Below, one piece after another: positions 17,776-25,568 of a stretch of 26,894 nt of DNA; within the stretch, counting starts at the first letter, position 1, and each line of letters starts with the position of its first letter. Under the pieces are notes generated by a model, which was not told where the DNA came from, ran no database searches, and saw only the letters and a program-made list of their open reading frames with translations. Source of the stretch: an uncultured Candidatus Saccharibacteria bacterium (lineage in GTDB: Bacteria > Patescibacteriota > Saccharimonadia > Saccharimonadales > UBA7683); the NCBI GenBank assembly GCA_964573355.1, contig CAZNJH010000001.1:10470-37363 (forward strand), written 5' to 3'. The translations under genes and the position numbers were made by a program.

Positions 17776-18855
17776 ATGTATATGATAAAACGGCTACAAT
17801 TAAACCATGTGCGCTCTCATACGCGCGCAGATTTTACGTTTACAGGTGGTATGAACGCCATCGTTGGCCCAAACGGCAGCGGCAAAACAACGATCCTTGA
17901 ATCGCTTTATACACTGTTGCGAGGGAGTAGCTTTAAAGGAAGTATTGCTGAAATCGCTCAATATGGTTCGTCTACATTTCGTATGCAACTCGAACTGCAC
18001 GCAGAAAAACGCCAGCAACAACGTGCTCTTGGATTTCAGCAAGTAGAAGAAGCCTCACAAAAGAAATGGCAGATTGACGGATCAACTTCCGCAAGACTAC
18101 CTTTAGCTCGTCGCCTGCCAGTCGTGTTGTTTGAACCTGATCTTGCACGATTGATTAGCGGTGGCCCTGAAAGACGAAGATCTTATTTAGATCAAATCGC
18201 TGCGCAACTTGATATAGAAGTTGCTATCGCCCAGAACCGCTTCGAACGTACGCTGAGGCAACGCAACCAACTTCTTAAACAACTTCGAGAAAATAAAACT
18301 GCTATGCAAGATGAACTTTTTATATGGAATACGCAACTTGCGCGACTCAGTGAAACAATAGTTTCCGCCAGGTTCAGCGTGCTTGAATTGCTCCAAAAAG
18401 AAATTAGCAGTTACTATAAAGACCTTGGTGGGGTTGACTCTGTTTTGTTAAGCTATGCCAGCAAAGTGACCAATGAACCAAAAAACTATGCATCCCGACT
18501 TTTACAGTTTTTAGAAACAAGTGTGCCGCGTGACATCGTGCTCGGCTACACTGCATTTGGTCCACACCGAGACGATATAGCAGTACAACTCGCTAATCAA
18601 CCGGCACTCGAACGAGCGAGTCGAGGCGAGGTTCGTACTCTAGTGATTGCACTCAAATTACTCGAAACCGAACTTCTATCAAACCACTTTGCAAAAAGCG
18701 GCATGCAACCAATCCTTTTGCTCGATGACGTATTGAGTGAGCTTGACCTTGTTCACCAAGAACGCGTGCTCGCAGGATTTAAAAATCACCAGGTATTTTT
18801 AACAACGACTGACGCACATGCGCTTACTCCAGGCGTACACACCATTGCCCTCTAA
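17776..18855 (+). CDS. recF: DNA replication and repair protein RecF
   Basis: Walker A GPNGSGKT, FEP, RRSYLD, GPHRDD, SRGE signature and LLLDDVLSELD; 359 aa (start may be 17782). Confidence 0.93.
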   Translation: MYMIKRLQLNHVRSHTRADFTFTGGMNAIVGPNGSGKTTILESLYTLLRGSSFKGSIAEIAQYGSSTFRMQLELHAEKRQQQRALGFQQVEEASQKKWQIDGSTSARLPLARRLPVVLFEPDLARLISGGPERRRSYLDQIAAQLDIEVAIAQNRFERTLRQRNQLLKQLRENKTAMQDELFIWNTQLARLSETIVSARFSVLELLQKEISSYYKDLGGVDSVLLSYASKVTNEPKNYASRLLQFLETSVPRDIVLGYTAFGPHRDDIAVQLANQPALERASRGEVRTLVIALKLLETELLSNHFAKSGMQPILLLDDVLSELDLVHQERVLAGFKNHQVFLTTTDAHALTPGVHTIAL

Positions 18856-18862
18856 GTCATTC

Positions 18863-19126
18863 TTATTTATTCAATGAACGTTGGATATTTTGTGCTATAT
18901 CGCTAACGAAAGGAACATCGTTAAATAGAGATAACCCCCACAAAATGATCGTCACCACGAGTGCAGCACCAATAACTGAGCCTACGCTAAAAAATATACC
19001 ACGTAAAAAATTCTCAAAGTATAAACGCTTTTTACTTACATACCCTGCAGCCAACAAATATTCGAGTGCCTGAACTGCGGCTTTTTCATCAATCGAGGGC
19101 GTGCTAGTATGCTGTTTCTTCATCAT
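18863..19126 (-). CDS. Small membrane protein, DUF5665-like
   Basis: NFLRGIFFSVGSVIGAALVV transmembrane pattern resembling DUF5665 (from recall); AAGGA 7 nt before the ATG. Confidence 0.75.
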   Translation of the reverse strand: MMKKQHTSTPSIDEKAAVQALEYLLAAGYVSKKRLYFENFLRGIFFSVGSVIGAALVVTIILWGLSLFNDVPFVSDIAQNIQRSLNK

Positions 19127-19289
19127 TACTCAGTCCTTGATCAAGCATCGCTTCCGCTCCTTCGCGGTGGCTCAGCGTTTGTATTAATGGGGTCGATAGC
19201 GCCCCGTACAGCGCTAAACTAGCCAGTGCAACAGCTGTATCTGCTACCTTTTCGAGACATGTGCCAGCTGCTTCGTACATACCGAGCAT
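19104..19289 (-). CDS. Possible small hypothetical protein (61 aa)
   Basis: ATG 5 nt after the YtxH stop; many G-initial codons; central hydrophobic stretch; 23-nt overlap with the next gene. Short, so uncertain. Confidence 0.4.
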   Translation of the reverse strand: MLGMYEAAGTCLEKVADTAVALASLALYGALSTPLIQTLSHREGAEAMLDQGLSNDEETAY

Positions 19290-19294
19290 GGGTT

Positions 19295-19708
19295 TTACTT
19301 TGTGACGTTTTTAACTTTTGTAGTTATTTTTTGCTTAAGTGCAGCGAGATCTTTGAGTAGTTGATCAATTGTAGCGTCATCATTGTCGTCATCGCCACTT
19401 TTAATTGAAGTGATTGCAGCTTTTACGCGATCTTTAAGTTCGTCAGCCTTTTTACTCAACTCTTCTGCTTCTTCTTTGGCTTTACCTTGTAGCTCTTTGG
19501 CTTTTAATTTTGCTTCTGAGGAGAGCTTACCCAATTCTTTGTGGGCATCTTTTAATTTTCGTTCAGCAGAACCTTTTAATTCACCGGCCTTGTTTTTGAT
19601 ATCTTCTCGAGTTTCTTTGCCACTCTTAGGAGCAGTTAAAAATCCGGTAACTACACCAGCTAATGCTCCGATTATAATTCCGAGACCAAATTTTTTACCC
19701 TTTGCCAT
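19295..19708 (-). CDS. YtxH domain protein (membrane anchor plus coiled coil)
   Basis: GIIIGALAGVVTGFLTAPKSGKETREDI is the characteristic YtxH N-terminus, followed by Lys/Glu/Ala helical repeats. Confidence 0.88.
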   Translation of the reverse strand: MAKGKKFGLGIIIGALAGVVTGFLTAPKSGKETREDIKNKAGELKGSAERKLKDAHKELGKLSSEAKLKAKELQGKAKEEAEELSKKADELKDRVKAAITSIKSGDDDNDDATIDQLLKDLAALKQKITTKVKNVTK

Positions 19709-19709
19709 A

Positions 19710-19955
19710 CTACTTCCCTTTCTTATGATTCTTTACGGCTTTCTGCACTGATTCAAATACATATTTTCCGGCAACAGCTGGACTCATAAATTTAGAGATA
19801 TTAGAAGCACTTTCCACTACCGTCTCTGCTTTAGCTGAAATCCGCTGAATCGACTTCACAACTTTAAGAATATATATAACGGTAACAATTGTCACAAGAA
19901 TCGCTAAGGCGAGAAACGAACTGAGAATGATAACGAGTATTTCAAATGCATCCAT
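19710..19955 (-). CDS. Small single-pass membrane protein (YtxG/DUF948-like by position)
   Basis: Long N-terminal hydrophobic helix then an amphipathic helix; stop 1 nt before the YtxH ATG. Confidence 0.75.
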   Translation of the reverse strand: MDAFEILVIILSSFLALAILVTIVTVIYILKVVKSIQRISAKAETVVESASNISKFMSPAVAGKYVFESVQKAVKNHKKGK

Positions 19956-19961
19956 ATACCT

Positions 19962-19970
19962 ATTCTATCA
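19962..19970 (-). promoter_or_regulatory. Extended -10 (TGaTAGAAT) 6 nt before ATG 19955
   Basis: Plus strand ATTCTATCA at 19962-19970. Confidence 0.6.
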
Positions 19971-19993
19971 CCCTCTGCACGTAACCGAAACCG

Positions 19994-21445
19994 CTATGAT
20001 ATCTTCAAGAGCTTTTTAATGACCTGTTGTGCAACACCAGGATTTGCTTGGCCTTTGGAATTTTTCATAACTTGCCCTACGAGATATCCGATCGCTTTGA
20101 GTTCACCGTTCTTAACATCTTCTGCGGCCTGAGTATTTTCTGCCAATACCTGGGCAACAATCTTTTCTATAGCCGCTTCATCTGAAACTTGCAGTAAATC
20201 TTTCTGCTTCGCGAGTGCACGCGGGTCTGCTCTTTTGGAAATAACTTCACCTAAAAGATCTTTTGCACTTGTAGAACTTAGGGCATTTTCATCGGTTAGT
20301 TGAGCTAATTTTAAAAGCTGCTCTTTTGCAGTGGCTACCTGGTCCCAGGTAATTATATGGTCAGCCACGAGCTTTAAAATATCGCCCGTTACCCAATTAG
20401 CAATTATTTTAGCCTCCGTTTTGTTCGAGTCCACAATTGAAGTAACAAACTGAGCAACAACAGGTTCGTTGATTATAATTTCATTTTGAGACATAGAAAT
20501 ACCGAGAGCGGCAAGCGTCGCACGTAGTTCCTGTGGCATAACAGGGAGATGTTGCTTGAGCGTGTCAATGTATTCGTCGGTCAGTACAATTGGTGGCACA
20601 TCAGGTTCGGGCATATACCGATAATCGTGGGCATCTTCCTTGGTTCGCTGCGAGAATGTTTTTTGCTTTGCATCATCCCAGCCACGAGTCTCTTGCACAA
20701 TAGCGTGACCTTTTTCGAGTTGTTCAATTTGTCGTTCAATTTCAAACTCTACTGCTTTTTCTACTGCTTTAAACGAATTCAAGTTTTTTGTTTCTGTTCG
20801 CGTACCGAGTTCACTATTTTTACTAACTGAAACATTGACGTCAAAGCGCATATTACCATGATACAAATCAACATCACTCACATCGGCGTATTTCATCTGT
20901 AAGTACAGCGCCTTGGCATATGCCTTTGCTTCGGCGGCCGTATGCATATCCGGCTCCGAAACGATCTCGAGCAACGGTGTTCCAGCTCGATTTAGATCCA
21001 CGAGGCTGTGATCTTTACCTGCTGGATGTGTTGATTTGCCCGCGTCCTCCTCCATATGGGCACGGGTAATACCAATCTTTTTTGATTCACCATCAACGAG
21101 GATTCCAACCCAGCCGCCTAGGATAATCGGCTCTTCAAACTGACTAATCTGGTACCCTTTGGGCAGATCAGGGTAGAAGTAGTGCTTTCTATCAAATTTC
21201 GAAAATTTTTGAGGAACAGTATTGAGCGCAAATGCAGCTTTAGCCGCCAAGTCAATCGCCGCCTTGTTTAAAACCGGGAGGGCGCCAGGCATCCCAAAGC
21301 TTACATGACCTACTGTTGTATTTGGCAGCTTACCTCGGGCATCATTTGGCTCTCCGGAAAAAAGCTTGCTCTTGGTTTTAAGTTGGACATGACACTCTAT
21401 GCCAATGGTGGCTCGATACTGCTTTTTTATTGCTTCAGCTATCAT
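19994..21445 (-). CDS. gatB: Asp/Glu-tRNA amidotransferase subunit B
   Basis: IGIECHVQL, DRKHYFYPDLPKGYQISQ, HMEEDAGK, DLNRAGTPLLEIVSEPD and DYRYMPEPD motifs; YqeY-like tail. Confidence 0.98.
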   Translation of the reverse strand: MIAEAIKKQYRATIGIECHVQLKTKSKLFSGEPNDARGKLPNTTVGHVSFGMPGALPVLNKAAIDLAAKAAFALNTVPQKFSKFDRKHYFYPDLPKGYQISQFEEPIILGGWVGILVDGESKKIGITRAHMEEDAGKSTHPAGKDHSLVDLNRAGTPLLEIVSEPDMHTAAEAKAYAKALYLQMKYADVSDVDLYHGNMRFDVNVSVSKNSELGTRTETKNLNSFKAVEKAVEFEIERQIEQLEKGHAIVQETRGWDDAKQKTFSQRTKEDAHDYRYMPEPDVPPIVLTDEYIDTLKQHLPVMPQELRATLAALGISMSQNEIIINEPVVAQFVTSIVDSNKTEAKIIANWVTGDILKLVADHIITWDQVATAKEQLLKLAQLTDENALSSTSAKDLLGEVISKRADPRALAKQKDLLQVSDEAAIEKIVAQVLAENTQAAEDVKNGELKAIGYLVGQVMKNSKGQANPGVAQQVIKKLLKIS

Positions 21446-21837
21446 AACGCCCCCAAGTCTTTCAATGCTTGCTTATAGAGTCGTAATGCTTTCTGGCACT
21501 CCATAGCAGAAGCTTGCATGTCCGGCTCGTGTACAATCCGATTACGAAGTTTATGTGCCCACCAAACTGCATTTACATTTTTAAACAAACCAGCCGCGTT
21601 GTGTAAGCGTTCTCCTAATGTAGCGCCTTTGACATGCGCCATTTTGAGTGCCTGGTCTATGAGTGCATCGGCATTAATAATCGCAGCCGAGTAGTTACTG
21701 TTGCGCTCAATCTTTTCCCAGTGACTATTAAAATATGCTTTATTCAACCGAGGTTTGCCTTTATGTGCAATCAGAATGATTACACCGACTAAAAGCACTA
21801 AAATTACCAACAGTGCAATTACACTAGAATTAATCAT
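21442..21837 (-). CDS. Hypothetical membrane-anchored protein with HEPN/DUF4145-like RNxxxH motif
   Basis: N-terminal TM helix followed by HKGKPR; helical domain with LRNRIVHE; ATGA overlaps with both gatA and gatB. Confidence 0.8.
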   Translation of the reverse strand: MINSSVIALLVILVLLVGVIILIAHKGKPRLNKAYFNSHWEKIERNSNYSAAIINADALIDQALKMAHVKGATLGERLHNAAGLFKNVNAVWWAHKLRNRIVHEPDMQASAMECQKALRLYKQALKDLGAL

Positions 21838-23306
21838 GCTAACTCCTCAAATATCTGAGCAAGTTGCAATAGCTCGTTATCTTTTCGTTGTGGCGCCATG
21901 AGCTGCAAACCAACTGGCAAACCATCGGCAACGCCACAAGGCACGCTGATCGCAGGGATACCCACCATACTCGGTCCTACCGTCATTATGTCACCTAAAT
22001 ACATCGCCAATGGGTCGGTGGTGTTTTCGCCAATTTTAAATGCAGTTGTTGGTGCAACAGGGCCCAGCAGGAAGTCAACCGTTTTAAAAACGTCGTTAAA
22101 CTCATGTATAAGTTTGGTGCGAACAGTTTGTGCTTTCTTGTAATACGCATCGTAATAACCGCTCGAAAGTACATACGTACCTATCATAATTCTCCGTTTA
22201 GCCTCGGCGCCAAACCCTTCGGCGCGAGCATTTTGGTAACTTTCATCAAGACTGGCAGCTTGTTTGTGAGCATACCCAAATCGTTGCCCATCATACCGCG
22301 CTAGATTAGAACTAACCTCAGCCGGGCACACAATATAATATACTGCCAGTGCAAGCGGCAGGCTTGGAAGGCTTACCTCAACAATTTCAGCACCCGCATT
22401 TTTAAATGTTTGTATAGCATCTTCAATTTCTGACTTCACAGCGGTGTCAAGCCCGTCACCAAAGTATTCTTTAATCACACCTATCTTTAGATGGTCAGCT
22501 CGCGTGTTGCTTTCGACGGATGGTTGCAACCTACCTGATTCGAGTTGATATGTTTTTTGACGAGGAATCGTGGTTGCATCAAGCGGATCGGGTCCTGCTA
22601 TAATATCGAGAACCAGTGCAGCATCTTCAACCGAATGAGCAATCGGTCCAACGACATCGGTACTGCTCGCCATGGCAACCACCCCACTACGTGAAACGAG
22701 CCCGTAGGTGGGCTTTAAGCCAACAACACCACAAAAACTAGCAGGCTGACGAATTGATCCTCCAGTATCTGTACCAAGAGAAAACGGAGCCAAACTGAGG
22801 GCAACAGCCGCCGCCGAGCCACCTGATGACCCACCGGAAACACGTGTGGCGTCATGAGGATTTTTGGTAGTCATAAAGTCGCTGTTTTCAGTGCTTGCGC
22901 CGTGCGCAAACGCATCGAGGTTAGCCTTGGCAACGCAAATCGCCCCCTCGGCCTCAAGTCTCTCAATCACTGTTGCCTGGTATGGAGCTTTAAACCCTTT
23001 TAAAATATTGCTCGCGGCAGTCGTATCAGCCCCAAAGACCAAAAAATTATCTTTCGCGATAAATGGGACACCAGCGAGACGACCGGCATTACCGCCACTC
23101 TCAACAAGTGCATCTATCTCGGCCGCGCGTTGTTGAGCACGTTCTGCTACCTGAACAATTATCGCTTGAAATTCTTGATGCTCTTTAATAAGTTGTAGTG
23201 ATTTTTCAACCAAACTCACCGCAGTCATCTTGCCAGCATTTACTGATTGAGCAATCTCAGCAATAGGGTCCCATTGCCAGTGTATAACTTTTTTGGACTC
23301 TGCCAT
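21834..23306 (-). CDS. gatA: Asp/Glu-tRNA amidotransferase subunit A
   Basis: Amidase signature KDN, GGSSGGSAAAV, GTDTGGSIRQPA, GLKPTYG, and RRIMIGTYVLSSGYYDAYY. Confidence 0.98.
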   Translation of the reverse strand: MAESKKVIHWQWDPIAEIAQSVNAGKMTAVSLVEKSLQLIKEHQEFQAIIVQVAERAQQRAAEIDALVESGGNAGRLAGVPFIAKDNFLVFGADTTAASNILKGFKAPYQATVIERLEAEGAICVAKANLDAFAHGASTENSDFMTTKNPHDATRVSGGSSGGSAAAVALSLAPFSLGTDTGGSIRQPASFCGVVGLKPTYGLVSRSGVVAMASSTDVVGPIAHSVEDAALVLDIIAGPDPLDATTIPRQKTYQLESGRLQPSVESNTRADHLKIGVIKEYFGDGLDTAVKSEIEDAIQTFKNAGAEIVEVSLPSLPLALAVYYIVCPAEVSSNLARYDGQRFGYAHKQAASLDESYQNARAEGFGAEAKRRIMIGTYVLSSGYYDAYYKKAQTVRTKLIHEFNDVFKTVDFLLGPVAPTTAFKIGENTTDPLAMYLGDIMTVGPSMVGIPAISVPCGVADGLPVGLQLMAPQRKDNELLQLAQIFEELA

Positions 23307-23606
23307 CTATCCAATCATCCTGTTGACTTTAATATGTCCGTCTTCAATTGATGGAAGATTTTTAAAAAGCGCCTCTTGGCTCACTTGTTCAGTCACTTCA
23401 TCGGTACGGGTTGCATTTTCATTCTGGCTGGTTAGCCCCGTTACTTGGTACGTTGGCTCGAGACCGGCCACATCAACAGCATCAAGTTGAGCAACATACT
23501 CCAAAATAGCACTGAGCTCATTTTGGTAGGTGGCAATTTCTGCTTCACTCAAGCGCAAACGACTTAATCGTGCCAACTTCAATATATCTTCACGAGACAA
23601 CTTCAT
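23307..23606 (-). CDS. gatC: Asp/Glu-tRNA amidotransferase subunit C
   Basis: LARLSRL...ILEYVAQL...VEPT-like pattern, 99 aa; the stop abuts the gatA ATG. Confidence 0.95.
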   Translation of the reverse strand: MKLSREDILKLARLSRLRLSEAEIATYQNELSAILEYVAQLDAVDVAGLEPTYQVTGLTSQNENATRTDEVTEQVSQEALFKNLPSIEDGHIKVNRMIG

Positions 23607-23614
23607 ATCAAATC

Positions 23615-23623
23615 ATTATAACA
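23615..23623 (-). promoter_or_regulatory. Extended -10 of the gatC operon (TGtTATAAT), 8 nt before the ATG
   Basis: Plus strand ATTATAACA at 23615-23623. Confidence 0.65.
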
Positions 23624-23639
23624 GATCTGCAAACGCTAT

Positions 23640-23668
23640 TTGCAATAAATATCAAAAGTGCTTATGAT
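23640..23668 (+). promoter_or_regulatory. sigma70-type promoter TTGCAA-N17-TATGAT of the hydrolase gene
   Basis: -35 at 23640-23645, -10 at 23663-23668, then AAGGA at 23675-23679. Confidence 0.6.
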
Positions 23669-23692
23669 ACAAATAAGGAAACGCAACATGTA

Positions 23693-24832
23693 ATGCACAT
23701 TATGGAGCTCGGTCCAAAGGCGGTACACACACTACTACCTTTTTCGAGTCTCGATTCTTACACCACACCGACTAAACGACAAGAAGAAGAACGCTTTCTT
23801 AATCACGAACACATAGAGTCCCTTAAGGAAGAAAGTTGCATAACAGATTGGGAAACGCTCGGTGAAGAATATATTGATGGTACTGGCACCTTACGGCGTA
23901 TAGGCTTTGTAACCGAACAGGGTTACGCATACGCTGCACTTGTTGGTATTCCAGATCTCCCTCAATCACAAGTGCCAATCATTGGTACGAGCGCATGGTT
24001 TACTAGCGTCGAGGGCCACAATGAACATACGGTACGCAATCTTATTCGAAACGGAAATTATGTGTGTTTTGTAGGAGCTGAAGGAAGCTTTGAGCCAGCA
24101 AAAGAAGTGAAAATTCAACCTAAAAGCGAGATTTCACTGGCAGGCTCTGCAGCGGCAGTACTAAACTTTTCGTATCATGCCGTGGATGAACTTGTGCTAC
24201 AGGGACACCGCGTTGACACTCAAGAACGAATACTGATTGGTGAATCACGAGGTGCAATGGTTGGCATGGGTATTGCTGCGCTCGCAGAAGAATTTGGTCA
24301 GACGATTATTTTATCAGATCTTACCGCACCCTGTTTGCCGCGTCGGTTCAGCTTGCCCGATATCCAACATTTAGTTGGGCAAGTGGCGTCGGAACCGAAA
24401 GAGCTGTTGCGTCTTATGGGTAAAATGACACTTGGACGCGGCATTCATTACCCCGCGACTTTTGACCCGAGCCCATATAGCCTTAAACACCAATTTGCTA
24501 TCGGTTTTGCCCTCTTTAGTGGTGAAGCCGGTATGCTTGCGCGGCATATTGCACACAATACGCTAATGCATATTACAACATTTGATAATGACTTTGCTTC
24601 TATGACCGAAGAATGGAAACAAATCTTTAAAAACTACCCCAACGTTCGTATCACGCCGCTGCCGGGCAGCCATCTCACCATTGCCGATCTTGAAACACTT
24701 CACTATATTCTTGCCAGAAATTACGCTGCACAATGCAGCTTGAATTCAGGCTTATCATTAACCCAAGAAACTGTATTTGATGCCGCCCATAAATTTATCA
24801 GCTTACAACAAGTTGTCGCATCAGCTGCATGA
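23693..24832 (+). CDS. Putative alpha/beta-fold hydrolase (379 aa)
   Basis: The ORF track says minus, but GTG CCA ACT TCA... (MPTS...) and the TGA at 24830-24832 are on the plus strand. Probable start is ATG 23693. GESRG nucleophile elbow (S185), candidate D298/D300 and H327 (PGSH). Confidence 0.72.
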   Translation: MHIMELGPKAVHTLLPFSSLDSYTTPTKRQEEERFLNHEHIESLKEESCITDWETLGEEYIDGTGTLRRIGFVTEQGYAYAALVGIPDLPQSQVPIIGTSAWFTSVEGHNEHTVRNLIRNGNYVCFVGAEGSFEPAKEVKIQPKSEISLAGSAAAVLNFSYHAVDELVLQGHRVDTQERILIGESRGAMVGMGIAALAEEFGQTIILSDLTAPCLPRRFSLPDIQHLVGQVASEPKELLRLMGKMTLGRGIHYPATFDPSPYSLKHQFAIGFALFSGEAGMLARHIAHNTLMHITTFDNDFASMTEEWKQIFKNYPNVRITPLPGSHLTIADLETLHYILARNYAAQCSLNSGLSLTQETVFDAAHKFISLQQVVASAA

Positions 24833-24841
24833 GAAAACATC

Positions 24842-24868
24842 CTACGAAACACAACAAACGACTCGTAG
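24842..24868. terminator. Possible weak hairpin between convergent genes
   Basis: CTACGA...TCGTAG 6-bp arms with a long loop; no strong U-tract. Confidence 0.25.
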
Positions 24869-24869
24869 T

Positions 24870-25568
24870 TTAGTTTGGCGTTAGAATCCAACGAACCACT
24901 TCTTCTCGAAGCCGTCGGTATTCAGCTTCTTCAAACTGCATATTAGCGATGCAAAATCTACCGCCTCTCATATTTGTGCAAAACATACTATCATGCATAT
25001 CCCCGCAGTCATGTATGAACAACGAGTTGGTTACCTTGCCGCACCACGACACTCCAAAGCTGTTTGATACATCACCACTATCTTCAATACGGATACCAAA
25101 AGCCACCGCACCGCTACGCTGTGAAGCAGCTACAAACTCAGAATTACCTACTCCGTCGCAAAACACGATATTTTTAGAATTTTTAATATCTTGAGACCTA
25201 TAAACATTCTGGCTATTATCGATGCTGTCAGATTCGGCAACATTCAGCGATTCCATCTGTCGTTCTGTCGTAGTGTAGTTGATTTCATTCCATGCCGCCA
25301 ATACGTCCTGTAAAGAAGCGAGCGGACGCGCGGGCCTAAAACCGTCAGTACCATCATCTGTTCTTGCATTTTCCATTTTCATAAATTTAGTCGGATTAGT
25401 TGACTGCGCCCATGTAATTGAGTTATCCGTACTGTCATAAACCTGTTGTGGCAAGCGTATATCGAAGGCAAACTTTTCCATAAACTGTTCGAGTGTAAGG
25501 GGATTTTGGTAGCCAAATACCTGTCCAACGATCTTATCTATAATCAGCTTTGCTTCTTGGGCATTCAT
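24870..25568 (-). CDS. Hypothetical protein with hexapeptide-repeat (beta-solenoid-like) C-terminal half
   Basis: Clear 6-residue periodicity over about residues 110-209; ATGA overlap with the upstream ATPase; 232 aa. Confidence 0.82.
   Translation of the reverse strand: MNAQEAKLIIDKIVGQVFGYQNPLTLEQFMEKFAFDIRLPQQVYDSTDNSITWAQSTNPTKFMKMENARTDDGTDGFRPARPLASLQDVLAAWNEINYTTTERQMESLNVAESDSIDNSQNVYRSQDIKNSKNIVFCDGVGNSEFVAASQRSGAVAFGIRIEDSGDVSNSFGVSWCGKVTNSLFIHDCGDMHDSMFCTNMRGGRFCIANMQFEEAEYRRLREEVVRWILTPN

Noticed and set aside
19127-19230. TPP- or glycine-riboswitch-like fragments (GGGGCGC...GCTGAG...TGATC...TAAT; GAAGGAGC) on the minus strand
   Set aside because: The required ACCC, GCGNAGG, GGAGA and CTCAGG elements are missing, and the region has an open frame with coding-like codons. 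An Rfam cmscan would settle it.
23570-24832. ORF track entry on the minus strand with a GTG start at 23570
   Set aside because: The listed peptide is the plus-strand translation, and the stop TGA is at 24830-24832 on plus. The first 41 codons overlap gatC and the promoter region, so the start was moved to 23693.
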